A stretch of DNA of 64,000 nt from an uncultured Gammaproteobacteria bacterium (GTDB lineage: Bacteria > Patescibacteriota > Patescibacteriia > UBA9934 > CAZDDW01). A program made the position numbers and the translations under genes. Shown here in pieces: positions 37,538-47,387 of the stretch. The DNA is taken from positions 147,755 through 211,754 of the forward strand of contig OZ246408.1 of the NCBI GenBank assembly GCA_965231015.1. The letters are read 5' to 3'. Position 1 is the first letter of the stretch; each line of letters opens with the position of its first letter. Below the pieces are notes generated by a model. The model searched no databases and was not told the DNA's origin. It saw only the letters and a list, made by a program, of their open reading frames with translations.

Positions 37538-39559
37538 TTATTCTGTCAACCCTTCTTCTTCTAAATTTTCTTCGTTTTCTTCAGGCTCGTCATTAGAGCT
37601 TTCATCTGTTTCTTCCTCACTTTCACTGTTTGATTCATTTTCGACTTCAGTTTCAATAACCTCATCCACCTCTTCATTAGCAGGACTTTCTAAGTCCTCT
37701 TCGTTTTCAGTATCATCTTTTGTGTTTATCTGCCAGGGCCAAATAATACTCATTTTAGTTTTAACGTACCACTCAGAAATTGTTCCAAAACGGTCCGCCG
37801 GAGTGTTGATTTGGTCTAAGGTTACATTTTGAATTTTATTTGGAAGGGCATAACGATAAGTTGGTTGATAGAGGAATACAGCCGGCACATCCTCAGTTAG
37901 CAGGTCTTGAAATTCGATATATTTTGTAGCCCGTTCGATTGGATCCGTGGTAATCCTTGCCTCTTCTAGCAGTTCGTCCACATTACGGTTGGTGTAGTTC
38001 GACAGGTTGAGTCCGGAGTCAGTAGCCTGGGAAGAATGCCAGAAAGGAAATGGATCCGGGTCAATTCCCATGAGTTCCCCGGTGAAAAACATTTCGTATT
38101 TGCGTCCAGTTAATACGGTGGCGTTCAGTTCGGTTGCCCCAACAACTCGAATTTCTGTTTTTACTCCAACTGCCATCCACTGTTCCTTAATGATTTCCGC
38201 ACTGCTGATGAATTCTGGTTGATCTAATACAGTTAGAGTAAAAGTAAGCTCTGTTTCTTCACCATCTACGGTTTTACTTCGGTAAGGTGCATTTTCATTC
38301 CAGGTCCAACCTTCTTCATCAAACAGATTGTTCGCAGCTTCCTGACTATATTCGTAAACTGTGACGTTTTTATGATAACCAAGCATGCCCGGCAAGATCG
38401 GAGCGTTGATTACCGTGCCGTTGCCCCCTAAAATGTCAGAGACAATTTGATCTCGGTTCAGAGCGTGAGTCAAAGCAGTTCTGATGTTCACTTCTTCGAT
38501 TTCAGTTCCGGAATCAAGATTGAAGAAAATAGCACTGACTTGCGGAATACCCGGCCGAAACATGTTGACCCCGCGCAAGCCTGATATTTCTTCTGCCAGA
38601 TCAGTCGGCACAAACCCTAGTCCTTCTACATTTTTGTTTTCCAAAGCTTGTAATGCCTCAGCACTGGTGTTGTAAAATTTAAAAGTGAGTTGTTCAATCA
38701 TGGGAGCCTGGGCATAATAATCGGTGTTTCGGATTAAGGTGTATGAGCCAATGTTGCCAAGTTTATCCTTTGTGAAAACATCGAATTTGTATGGACCACT
38801 GCCAATTGGAGTAAGGTTGAGTTCAGTCAAAGTTGCCCGTTTTGGAGCCACACTCTCCCAAATATGAGAAGGTAGAATTCCTACGGTCAAACTGGATAGG
38901 AAAGGTGCAAACGGTTCCGGCAGAATAAACTGGAATGTTTTTTCATCGACTTGAGCTACTCCAATATTTTTGAAACTAACCGAAAGCGGACTTTTATATT
39001 CTGGATTTTGAATGGCCTGAATAGTAAACACAACATCGCTGGCTCGGACCGGCTCACCATCGTGCCACTTAGCGTCTTCGCGAATAGTAACCGTATAGAT
39101 GGTTTGGTCTTCTGAAATTTCGTAAGAAGCGGCCAGGTCAGGCACTAATCCGTTAACCGGATCAAATTTAAAAAGACCGCTAAAGACAAGTTGAGCTAAA
39201 TCAGCATCTACGTCAGAAGCAATAGAATAGAGAGGATTAACAAATTGTGGCTCACCGACTAATCCTTCAGTATATTCACCGCCAACAGCCGGTACTTCCT
39301 CTCGGTGATTAACCCCATACCACGCTCCAATAAAAATAAAAGCCACTACAAGTGTTCCAAGAGCCAGTCGAAAAAACAGCAATTCGGTTTTGGTCAGCAC
39401 CTCTGGCAAACGTTTCCATTGTCGAAAATTAGGTAACGTCCGTTCCCGGGTTACCTTTAAGACGTGTTCCGTGGTCAAATCCTTCTCACCACGGTGAAAC
39501 ATTTTTTCTATCTTTGACCATCCCTTACGAAGATGGCCAAGGGGGTCGTCTAATTTCAT
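37538..39559 (-). CDS. solute-binding protein family 5 (Opp/Dpp-like), membrane-anchored, with acidic C-terminal tail
   Basis: 673 aa. N-terminal TM helix, SBP_bac_5-like body, and an Glu/Asp-rich terminal ~60 aa. No permease or ATPase gene adjacent. Confidence 0.6.
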   Translation of the reverse strand: MKLDDPLGHLRKGWSKIEKMFHRGEKDLTTEHVLKVTRERTLPNFRQWKRLPEVLTKTELLFFRLALGTLVVAFIFIGAWYGVNHREEVPAVGGEYTEGLVGEPQFVNPLYSIASDVDADLAQLVFSGLFKFDPVNGLVPDLAASYEISEDQTIYTVTIREDAKWHDGEPVRASDVVFTIQAIQNPEYKSPLSVSFKNIGVAQVDEKTFQFILPEPFAPFLSSLTVGILPSHIWESVAPKRATLTELNLTPIGSGPYKFDVFTKDKLGNIGSYTLIRNTDYYAQAPMIEQLTFKFYNTSAEALQALENKNVEGLGFVPTDLAEEISGLRGVNMFRPGIPQVSAIFFNLDSGTEIEEVNIRTALTHALNRDQIVSDILGGNGTVINAPILPGMLGYHKNVTVYEYSQEAANNLFDEEGWTWNENAPYRSKTVDGEETELTFTLTVLDQPEFISSAEIIKEQWMAVGVKTEIRVVGATELNATVLTGRKYEMFFTGELMGIDPDPFPFWHSSQATDSGLNLSNYTNRNVDELLEEARITTDPIERATKYIEFQDLLTEDVPAVFLYQPTYRYALPNKIQNVTLDQINTPADRFGTISEWYVKTKMSIIWPWQINTKDDTENEEDLESPANEEVDEVIETEVENESNSESEEETDESSNDEPEENEENLEEEGLTE

Positions 39560-39570
39560 GAAGAAAATCC

Positions 39571-39789
39571 CTAGTAGATAACGTTAGCGATCGACACAGC
39601 AAAGAATAGAATGGCGACCACAATCGTTAGTTGGAAGAGCTTTTTTTCAACTCCACGTTTGGTTCGAAAAACATTTCCTTCACCACCAAAGGCTGAACCA
39701 AGTCCTGTGCCACGAGCCTGAACCAGGATGGCAACAATAAGAATGATGGCTAGGATTAATTGTGTAATATTGAGAATCGTGTCAGTCAT
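39571..39789 (-). CDS. secG: preprotein translocase subunit SecG
   Basis: 72 aa. Two TM helices flanking the Gly-rich GTGLGSAFGGEG loop. Confidence 0.75.
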   Translation of the reverse strand: MTDTILNITQLILAIILIVAILVQARGTGLGSAFGGEGNVFRTKRGVEKKLFQLTIVVAILFFAVSIANVIY

Positions 39790-40035
39790 ATTTTTAGCTT
39801 ACTACAAGCACGAGGATTATATGATAGTCCTGGTTTCTTGTCAATCCAACAATTAACTCTTCTTGGCTAATTTCTGCGCTAATTGTTTGGTTCCACGACC
39901 GCTGACTCGCATTTTTGGCTGTTTTTTTCGTTTTCTTCGTTCTGCCTTTTTGGCCAGCCGGGTTTCTTCCGGGTATTCACTCATAAGACGCTCTTAAGCC
40001 TTTACTATTTACATGATATACTGAAAGACAAGAAT

Positions 40036-40770
40036 ATGCGAGGTGAAATTGGGGGAAAATCCACAAGACATATCGGTTGGACCGTGTTAGCGGTGGTGCT
40101 TTTGATAATTTTAGCTCTTTTTGCCCTTCGGGTAATTATTATTTACGACAAGATTAGTAGAGGTGATTACCATGATTTAGCTATTGATTTTAGTGGATAT
40201 GTGAGCACAGGGCAGGGTTTGGTAGAAAGTAGTGATGACGAGGTGTATGATGTGGCGACAGAAGATGACCCGAGTTTTGGTCCTGATGGTGCGCCCTTAA
40301 CCATTGTGCAGTTTGCTGACTTTGATTGTCCGTATTGTGCAGATACCGCCTACACTGTTCGCCGCTTGCAAGGTCGGTATCCGGATCAAATTAAGTTTAT
40401 CTTTCGCGATTTTCCGATTACAGAAAATCATCCCGATGCTCAGTTAGCCGCCGAGGCAGCTGAGTGTGCCAACGAACAAGGAAAGTTTTGGGAGTTCCAT
40501 GATAAATTGTATCAGAACCAGTCAGATCAAAGCCGTGAGGTGTTAAAAAGATTCGCTGTTGAACTTAACATGGATTACAATGAATTTGTTGGTTGTTTAA
40601 ATAGTGGCCGTTATCGAAGTGAGGTTCAGGAAGATTACGCTGATGGAGTTATGGCCGGAGTTTATGGTACACCAACGTTCTTTTTTAACGGTCATCGAGT
40701 TCAGGGAGCAATTCCTGACGACGTTTTTTCACTCATCGTCGATGCTTTTTTAACGGGTACTGCCGAGTAG
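40036..40770 (+). CDS. DsbA-family thiol:disulfide oxidoreductase (membrane-anchored)
   Basis: TM anchor then the thioredoxin fold, with the CPYC active site in QFADFDCPYCA. Start set at ATG 40036; the track start 39883 is an upstream extension. Confidence 0.75.
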   Translation: MRGEIGGKSTRHIGWTVLAVVLLIILALFALRVIIIYDKISRGDYHDLAIDFSGYVSTGQGLVESSDDEVYDVATEDDPSFGPDGAPLTIVQFADFDCPYCADTAYTVRRLQGRYPDQIKFIFRDFPITENHPDAQLAAEAAECANEQGKFWEFHDKLYQNQSDQSREVLKRFAVELNMDYNEFVGCLNSGRYRSEVQEDYADGVMAGVYGTPTFFFNGHRVQGAIPDDVFSLIVDAFLTGTAE

Positions 40771-40771
40771 T

Positions 40772-42283
40772 ATGAAAAGAATGAAAAAAATAGGATCAAT
40801 TTTTGTAGCGTTGTATGCGTTTGCTTTTATTTTTGCTTTGCCTGCGACTGTTTTAGCAGCCGAGAATTGTGTTTGTTGGTGTGGGTTAGAAGGAGCCGGA
40901 GCCGTGGTAGCTGAAGGACCGACTACAATAGAAGGCTGTCGAGCCGGTTGCGATACAGCTAATATGGAATTTCTGACTTGTGCTGAAGAAGGCGATTATG
41001 ATCCGACCAATAATCTAATCTGCTGGTCAGAAACAGAATGTGCTACTGCTGAAGGTATTTGGGGAGACGATATTCCAAAAGATTGTACGGACAACACTCG
41101 TTATTGTTACAACCAAGCCGAGCCGGTTAAGCTCGGTGTGGCAGTCGGTGGAATCAGTACCGTTAATGATATCGGAGAGTACGTCAACGCCTTTTATAAA
41201 TGGACTTTGTCAGCCGGAGTAATTGTGGCCACAGTTATAATCATGGTTGGTGGCGTGCAGTACATGGTGGGTAAAGGTTCAGGAAATGTCCAAAAGGCTA
41301 AGGATCGAATTCGTCATGCGGTAATTGGATTTGTTTTGTTGCTCGGAGCGTACATTATTTTGGCCACGGTTAATCCACAATTAGTTAGTTTAGAAATTCC
41401 AACCTTCCCGAAAGTTAAAACCGTTCATTATCTTGGTGACGAAGACAACTGCGATAAATTAATCGGTCATGGCTATAAAGTTGAATTGGAAAATGGAACC
41501 GAAGTGAGTACAACCGACGCGACCATTATGGCTCTCTTGCGATCTGGTCAAACTCTGGGTGCACTCGGGAAGTCCAGTTTGAGTTGCGGGACAGAAGCCA
41601 CAGTGACAGCTGGTCCGGGGGACTCTGAAGTTGAAGAAGATAAAACCTGTTTCTTCACCTATTGTCCAACCGGTGAAGGTTGTATTCCTCCGTCAGCTGG
41701 AGAACCACCAGAGTGTATTGGGTGTACTGATATCGTCGGTTTTCAAGCAGGAAAGCCACAGCCAAGCGAAAGTACTTGCAGTATGATTACCTATCCCAAC
41801 TCCGGCAATACTAAACGTTACTGTGTATATTCTCAAACCGGACTCTTGTCACCTTTGCAGGCTGACGACATTAAAGCTCATGGTGGTTGTGGTGAGTTGA
41901 CAGTTGATTGTAGTAGCATTTCTTCCTGCCGAGATTATGATGAAGCCACTGTTAGTATCACGGCAACTAAAGTCGTTGAGTGCGTTTCAGGGGCTGGTAT
42001 TGCCGCTTTTAATCCATCAATTTTTTCCAACCTCTGTAATAGTGATCCCTGTAACGTTGCCCCGGACGGTCAAAGTTGTGGTCCGAAATTTACGTACCTG
42101 AATGATGTTTCTGAAGCCTTTCAATTAGGACCACTACCAGCCAGTTTTTATCCGGGGTTACCGAATGTCCAATGGGATTGTGTAAATACTAATTACAAAG
42201 AAACTGGTTGTTTGGATAAAGATAATAAGGACATCACTTGTTGGGATGTTGAGGGAACTACTGGAGCTTGTTTGAGGTTTTAA
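40772..42283 (+). CDS. Cys-rich secreted protein with central pilin-like pair of TM helices
   Basis: Signal peptide, about 35 Cys residues, and an internal segment WTLSAGVIVATVIIMVGGVQYMVGKG...HAVIGFVLLLGAYIILATV that resembles the VirB2/TrbC two-helix topology. Confidence 0.45.
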   Translation: MKRMKKIGSIFVALYAFAFIFALPATVLAAENCVCWCGLEGAGAVVAEGPTTIEGCRAGCDTANMEFLTCAEEGDYDPTNNLICWSETECATAEGIWGDDIPKDCTDNTRYCYNQAEPVKLGVAVGGISTVNDIGEYVNAFYKWTLSAGVIVATVIIMVGGVQYMVGKGSGNVQKAKDRIRHAVIGFVLLLGAYIILATVNPQLVSLEIPTFPKVKTVHYLGDEDNCDKLIGHGYKVELENGTEVSTTDATIMALLRSGQTLGALGKSSLSCGTEATVTAGPGDSEVEEDKTCFFTYCPTGEGCIPPSAGEPPECIGCTDIVGFQAGKPQPSESTCSMITYPNSGNTKRYCVYSQTGLLSPLQADDIKAHGGCGELTVDCSSISSCRDYDEATVSITATKVVECVSGAGIAAFNPSIFSNLCNSDPCNVAPDGQSCGPKFTYLNDVSEAFQLGPLPASFYPGLPNVQWDCVNTNYKETGCLDKDNKDITCWDVEGTTGACLRF

Positions 42284-42450
42284 CAATTGAAACAATCGGT
42301 TCAGAATGGGCCGGTTTTCCCCGCCAACGGTTCTACGTGGCGGAGTCCCGCCACGATTTGCGATGGCGGGATTTGTTTTGTTTACCCTTGTCTCTTGTCA
42401 GATAAAAAAATATGTGTTATCATCTCGAGCACTTGTAATAAAACCAAATT

Positions 42451-45312
42451 ATGAAAGATGCTATCAAAATTAGAGGCGCTCGAGTTCATAACCTTAAGAA
42501 CATCAACGTTGATATTCCGAAGAATAAATTAGTGGTTGTGACCGGACTCTCTGGTTCTGGTAAATCGTCTTTAGCCTTTGATACTGTCTATGCTGAAGGA
42601 CAGCGACGCTACATGGAGTCGCTTAGTTCTTATGCTAGGCAGTTTTTAGAAATGCAAGATAAACCAGATGTCGATGAAATTATTGGTTTGTCACCGACTA
42701 TTGCTATTGATCAAAAATCTTCTTCACACAACCCTCGCTCTACAGTAGGAACTGTCACTGAGATTTATGATTACCTGCGAGTGTTGTTTGCCAGAGCCGG
42801 TCGGCCACATTGTCCAGAGTGTAACGAGCCTGTATGCGAACAAACTCGAGATAAGATTGCTGCCGAATTAATCACCATGGTTTCAGAAAGCGAAGTTGGT
42901 TTATTTGCACCAGTGGTTGATTCGCAAAAAGGTGAACACAAACAAGTTTTACTCGCTGCGGAAAAGGCTGGTTTCAAAGAAATTCGTTATGATGGTTTAC
43001 AAATGGATTTGGATGAGTCTATTCGTATGCGTAAGGATAAAAACAAGGCTCACTCGATCGATATTTTGATTCACACGTTTATTAAAGACGAGGAAATTTC
43101 CCGGGAGCGCATGAACGATATTTTGAAAAAAGCCCTCGACTATGGCAACGGTCTGATTTTGGCAGTGCATGAATCAGATGGCGAAGAAATTATTTTTTCT
43201 GAATCGTTTGCGTGTCCTAATTGTCACATTAATCTTCCACGTCCTGAACCACGAATGTTTAGTTTCAACTCGCCGCTAGGTGCTTGTCCTGAATGTACTG
43301 GTCTGGGAGTGAAGTTGGTGTTAGAGCCAGATTTGGTAATTCCCAACAAGCGTCTGACTTTTGCTGAAGGAGCCGTGAAGCCTTGGACTCGGATTGCTGG
43401 AAACCAAACTAGTTATTTGCGAATGCTTGAACTAGTGGCCAAGAAACACAAGTTTTCTGTCAATCAATCAATTAGTAAAATTTCTAAAACTAAAATAGAT
43501 CTAGCTCTTTACGGAACTGGTGATGATATCTATAAGTTTGACGGAGCTGAAGTAACGTACCCGGGAATTATTCCGCAGCTAGAAGAAAAGTATAAATCAA
43601 CTGATTCTGATTATGTACGTAGCGAATTAGAGACTTACATGCGGACCATGGTTTGTCCTGATTGTAAAGGTAAACGTTTAAGGAAGGAAGTTTTACATGT
43701 ATTAATTGGAAACAAGTCGATTGCTGACGTGGTCAACATGTCGATTGAAGACATGTCTGGTTTCTTTGATGATATTTCTAGGAAAGAATCTAAAGGCAAA
43801 AAAGCAAAAGATAAAAAAGTTGCCGCCGACATGTCAGAGGCCGAAACCAAGGTAATCAATCGGGTAAAAAAGGAAGTAACTGAACGACTGCATAATTTGC
43901 TTGATGTGGGATTAGGTTATCTAACTCTAGACCGGTCAGCCATGACTCTGTCTGGTGGTGAAGCTCAGCGTGTTAGACTTTCAACTCAATTAAGTTCGTC
44001 ACTTTCTGGAGTAATCTATATTTTAGATGAGCCATCTATTGGTCTGCATCCCAGAGATAATGACAAACTGATCAAAACCATTGAAACTTTACGCGATCAA
44101 AACAACAGTGTGATTGTTGTCGAACATGATGAGGCCATGATGGCGGCAGCTGATCATGTGATTGATGTTGGTCCAGGGGCTGGTGAGTATGGCGGAGAGA
44201 TTATTGCCGAGGGAACTGCAGCAGCTTTGAAGAAAAACAAAGAGTCATTAACGGGACAGTACTTAAGTGGAAAGAAAAAGATAGAAACTCCCAAGAAGTT
44301 TCGAAAAGGATCTGGCAAGAAATTGACTATCGAAGGAGCTAAAGCCAACAACTTACAGGATATTAACGTTGAAATCCCGCTTGGTAAATTTGTTTGTGTC
44401 ACCGGAGTGTCTGGATCGGGAAAGTCAACTTTGATCTTAGATATTTTGGGCCGAGCTTTGTCTAAACATTTCTACCGAGCGAAGGCTTATCCGGCCGACC
44501 ATGAAGATATTAAGGGTATTAATAATATCGATAAAGTTGTGGCTGTTGATCAGTCGCCAATCGGACGCACACCTCGCTCTAATCCAGCAACTTACACAGG
44601 AGTGTTTACGGCTATTCGTGATTTGTACGCAGCTCAACCGGAAGCCAAGATGCGTGGTTTTGACGCTGGAAAATTCAGTTTTAATGTTAAAGGTGGTGGT
44701 CGATGTGAAGGTTGTGGTGGTGATGGAGTAAAAAGAATTGAAATGCAGTTTATGGGTGATGTGTACGTTGAATGTTCTGAGTGTCACGGTAAACGGTATA
44801 ATCACGAGGCCCTCGAGATATATTACAAGAGTAAAAATATTGCTGACGTGCTTGATATGACGGTGGAGGAAGCTCGCCGGTTCTTTGCCAGTGAACAATT
44901 GATTTTTGATAAGTTGAACGTGTTGCACGAAGTTGGACTCGGTTACATCAAGCTTGGGCAATCAGCCACCACACTTTCTGGTGGTGAGGCACAACGTGTG
45001 AAGCTTGCCACTGAACTTGGACGACGGGCTACGGGAAGCACTTTGTATATTTTGGATGAGCCAACAACCGGACTTCACTTTGAGGATATCAAACGTTTAC
45101 TCGAGGTACTGCATCAACTGGTCGATAAAGGAAATACCGTTTTGATTATTGAACACAACCTGGACGTGATTAAACAAGCGGACTGGTTGATTGATATGGG
45201 GCCGGAAGGTGGAAACAAAGGCGGTCTTATTATTGCCGAGGGAACACCAAAAGAGCTCTCGAAAAATGGCAAAGTCAGCTATACGGCCAAGTATTTGAAA
45301 GAGGTGCTTTAG
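42451..45312 (+). CDS. uvrA: excinuclease ABC subunit A
   Basis: Two ABC ATPase modules ([12 protein letters not shown] and [11 protein letters not shown] Walker A) and Zn-finger Cys clusters. 953 aa. Confidence 0.95.
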   Translation: MKDAIKIRGARVHNLKNINVDIPKNKLVVVTGLSGSGKSSLAFDTVYAEGQRRYMESLSSYARQFLEMQDKPDVDEIIGLSPTIAIDQKSSSHNPRSTVGTVTEIYDYLRVLFARAGRPHCPECNEPVCEQTRDKIAAELITMVSESEVGLFAPVVDSQKGEHKQVLLAAEKAGFKEIRYDGLQMDLDESIRMRKDKNKAHSIDILIHTFIKDEEISRERMNDILKKALDYGNGLILAVHESDGEEIIFSESFACPNCHINLPRPEPRMFSFNSPLGACPECTGLGVKLVLEPDLVIPNKRLTFAEGAVKPWTRIAGNQTSYLRMLELVAKKHKFSVNQSISKISKTKIDLALYGTGDDIYKFDGAEVTYPGIIPQLEEKYKSTDSDYVRSELETYMRTMVCPDCKGKRLRKEVLHVLIGNKSIADVVNMSIEDMSGFFDDISRKESKGKKAKDKKVAADMSEAETKVINRVKKEVTERLHNLLDVGLGYLTLDRSAMTLSGGEAQRVRLSTQLSSSLSGVIYILDEPSIGLHPRDNDKLIKTIETLRDQNNSVIVVEHDEAMMAAADHVIDVGPGAGEYGGEIIAEGTAAALKKNKESLTGQYLSGKKKIETPKKFRKGSGKKLTIEGAKANNLQDINVEIPLGKFVCVTGVSGSGKSTLILDILGRALSKHFYRAKAYPADHEDIKGINNIDKVVAVDQSPIGRTPRSNPATYTGVFTAIRDLYAAQPEAKMRGFDAGKFSFNVKGGGRCEGCGGDGVKRIEMQFMGDVYVECSECHGKRYNHEALEIYYKSKNIADVLDMTVEEARRFFASEQLIFDKLNVLHEVGLGYIKLGQSATTLSGGEAQRVKLATELGRRATGSTLYILDEPTTGLHFEDIKRLLEVLHQLVDKGNTVLIIEHNLDVIKQADWLIDMGPEGGNKGGLIIAEGTPKELSKNGKVSYTAKYLKEVL

Positions 45313-45331
45313 ATTGATACATATTTTGTTA

Positions 45332-45362
45332 AACCAGCGTTTTATTAACGCTGGTTTTTTTT
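45332..45362 (+). terminator. rho-independent terminator of uvrA
   Basis: aaaccagcgttttattaacgctgg followed by tttttttt. Confidence 0.8.
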
Positions 45363-45364
45363 AC

Positions 45365-45413
45365 GCCTAAAATTAGGTCAAATCTTGACAAAGACACAAA
45401 ATGGTGCTATATT
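45365..45413 (+). promoter_or_regulatory. promoter-bearing repeat A (gcctaaaattaggtcaaatcTTGACAaag-N-TGcTATATT), left boundary of the DGR cassette
   Basis: A near-identical ~40-bp copy lies at 48405-48445, immediately after the RT stop. Confidence 0.75.
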
Positions 45414-45558
45414 TTGACCTTGATCATTCAAATTTCAAGGTTAAAATTTATATGAGATAAGTATTTTGTCTGGCTCGTTTGAGCTATGTAGAATACTTGT
45501 CTCATGTTAGAGACCGGTCGTTTATCCGAACGAGTCGGATGGTTGGCCAAAAAAGGAG

Positions 45559-46470
45559 ATGATGATGACGACGGAAACGTTGATCACGTCACGGGATCCC
45601 AAGGGCAGACAGTGCTTCAGTGTGCTCGAGGCCGTCTATGACAAGGCGGAGCTCAACCCCGAGGAAGCACAGCACATCAACGAACAGGGCTATGAACTCA
45701 AGCGCGAGTTTCAGAAACTGATCGCCCGTTTGCGTGTCCGTCAGGATTACGCCAACGAGCAGGTGATCTCGAGCTACACCTACCCGAACGAGTACGCGGG
45801 CCCGCAGCCTATCGCCGAGCAGGTGGACATTCTGGCCGAGTTGTTCGGCCTGTCGCTCGGAGCAACGGTTGAGTACATTGAGAAGGTGCTACCCTCGCTC
45901 GAGCTTCCCAAGGGAGCCGAGGGGTGGTTCGCCATCCCGAGTGTCGGCGCTCTCGCTGCCCGTCACTTCCCCAAGGTCACCGATCCGGCCGAGCAGTACT
46001 GCCGCGCGGTCGAGCTGGTGCTCAAGAAGATCAGTCACTCGCGGAAGTTCTACAACTACCGCCAGGGGCAGATCAATCCGAACCAGCTGCGCCAGTATGC
46101 TAGCAGTATGGCCATGATGGAGCAGACCGTCAAGAACCAGCCAGGCGACATCATGATCATCCCGGCCCAGTTCGGTCTGCGTCACCGAGGATGCAGTGTC
46201 CGTCGAGCCCGAGCTATTTTCACCAAGAACGAATTCGGCCTCGGAGCGCTCGCTGTTGGTTCAATGCTCCTCACTCATCCCAAGCGCCTTGTCCGTTGGG
46301 AACAGCTCCACGTGGACTGCACGGGTGATGAATTTGCTCCGGTTGCTGGTGGCCAGTTCGTGCACGCGCCGTTCTTCGACTGGCTCGGCGGCGGAGTCGG
46401 GTTCTACTCCGGCCGCCTCGACAACGCGCGCGTGTACTATGGTTCGGCCTCCGGGTTTCTCCCGCAGTAG
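45559..46470 (+). CDS. DGR target (variable) protein; cytoplasmic-type N-terminus, C-terminal variable region
   Basis: SD aaggag. 303 aa. GC-rich relative to its surroundings. The last ~43 codons form the VR, which matches the TR at all positions except those where the TR carries an adenine. Confidence 0.8.
   Translation: MMMTTETLITSRDPKGRQCFSVLEAVYDKAELNPEEAQHINEQGYELKREFQKLIARLRVRQDYANEQVISSYTYPNEYAGPQPIAEQVDILAELFGLSLGATVEYIEKVLPSLELPKGAEGWFAIPSVGALAARHFPKVTDPAEQYCRAVELVLKKISHSRKFYNYRQGQINPNQLRQYASSMAMMEQTVKNQPGDIMIIPAQFGLRHRGCSVRRARAIFTKNEFGLGALAVGSMLLTHPKRLVRWEQLHVDCTGDEFAPVAGGQFVHAPFFDWLGGGVGFYSGRLDNARVYYGSASGFLPQ
46338..46468 (+). repeat. DGR variable repeat (VR)
   Basis: 131 bp aligned to the TR at 46849-46979 without gaps. 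There are 23 mismatches, and every one sits at a TR adenine. Confidence 0.85.
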
Positions 46471-46528
46471 TTGAACCTTGTTCTTTGAGGACTTGAATCT
46501 TTTGAGCCCTTGAAGCTTTTCGTTAAAG

Positions 46529-46584
46529 CCCCGCCCGCGGCGGGGCGAACCTGTCGGCTATCCACAATACGCGTGGGTAGCCGA
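46529..46584 (+). promoter_or_regulatory. two GC-rich hairpins downstream of the VR (gccccgcc-cgcg-gcggggc; cggctatccac...gtgggtagccg); candidate target-gene terminator and/or DGR homing-associated stem-loop
   Basis: Inverted repeats read directly from the sequence, 60-115 bp past the VR. Confidence 0.45.
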
Positions 46585-46603
46585 CTGTTAATTTTGCTAT
46601 AAT
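46575..46603 (+). promoter_or_regulatory. extended -10 promoter (tgcTATAAT) upstream of the TR
   Basis: ccgactgttaattttgcTATAATg. Weak -35. Confidence 0.45.
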
Positions 46604-46848
46604 GTTCGCGAGTAAGGCTAATGAACAGTAGTTCAAGGATTACTGTCGCCAAGCTCTCTCTTCAAAGAGAACAACAGCCAGAATCTTGACGGTTACGGCT
46701 TTCAAGAGCGTGCTGTCTTGAGGGGATACTGCTTGTTTCTGTCTGGTGGAGATGTTTTGTAAACATAACAAAACTGCTCCCAAATAAAATACAGGAAAGA
46801 GAAAATGGATTTTCAATTTTCAGTGACCAGGATGGACAGAAACAATAA

Positions 46849-46979
46849 TCCGGATGCTGGTGGCCAGTTCGTGAACGCACCGAACTTCAACTGGAACGAC
46901 GGCAAAGTCAAGTTCAACACCGACAACCTCGACAACGCGAACGTGAACTATGGTTCGACCTCCGGGTTTCTCCCGAAGT
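46849..46979 (+). repeat. DGR template repeat (TR)
   Basis: Adenine-rich. The AAC codons in TR correspond to the variable codons in VR. The track ORF 46805..47041 is the TR read in the VR frame, not a gene. Confidence 0.85.
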
Positions 46980-46995
46980 CACTCCTCAATAACAA

Positions 46996-47022
46996 AAGAC
47001 GTCCTGTAACGGACGCCTTTTG
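46996..47022. terminator. bidirectional hairpin terminator between TR and avd
   Basis: aaaagacgtcctgtaacggacgccttttg. Confidence 0.6.
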
Positions 47023-47027
47023 TATTA

Positions 47028-47378
47028 TTATTCAGATTTAAGTGAGCGTATCCATCCTCCAAGCATGCGTCCGATTTCATCTACCTGTTGTTGCAAGGGA
47101 GTATATTTGTTGTTGTCGATAATTTTGATGTCCTTGGCCAGGCGAATTAAAAATCTAAGTAGGTTAAGTCGAACACTAACTTTTTCTAATGTCGGTAGTT
47201 TATTGTGTTTATACAGCTCGCTGGCTTGCAGAATACCTTCAATATTATCCAGGTTAGCATTTTCAATTCTTTGCCATAGAGTATGTTTATCCTGTTTTGG
47301 TATACTGGGGCGGAGAATATAAATGTTTCGATACAATTCGTAAGATTTTTTGAAGATGGGAATGTCAAACTCGTCCAT
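47028..47378 (-). CDS. avd: DGR accessory variability determinant (Avd)
   Basis: About 116 aa from the internal Met. C-terminal VDEIGRMLGGWIRSL matches the Avd hallmark (compare Bordetella phage Avd ..EVGRILGSWIARV). Basic four-helix-bundle pattern. Inverted relative to TR and RT. Confidence 0.7.
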   Translation of the reverse strand: MDEFDIPIFKKSYELYRNIYILRPSIPKQDKHTLWQRIENANLDNIEGILQASELYKHNKLPTLEKVSVRLNLLRFLIRLAKDIKIIDNNKYTPLQQQVDEIGRMLGGWIRSLKSE

Positions 47379-47387
47379 ATAATAAGT

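Noticed and set aside
39883-40035. Upstream extension of the DsbA-like ORF. The same applies to the 5' extensions of track ORFs 21007, 32952, 34292-35326, 51553-52533, 53486, 55788 and 54670-55875.
   Set aside because: The extensions overlap upstream genes, terminators or promoters and lack conserved N-terminal sequence. Internal Met starts match family N-termini.
46805-47041. 78-aa ORF MDFQFSVTRMDRNNNPDAGGQFVNAPNFNWNDG...
   Set aside because: This is the DGR template repeat read in the VR frame (Asn/AAC-rich), not an independent gene.
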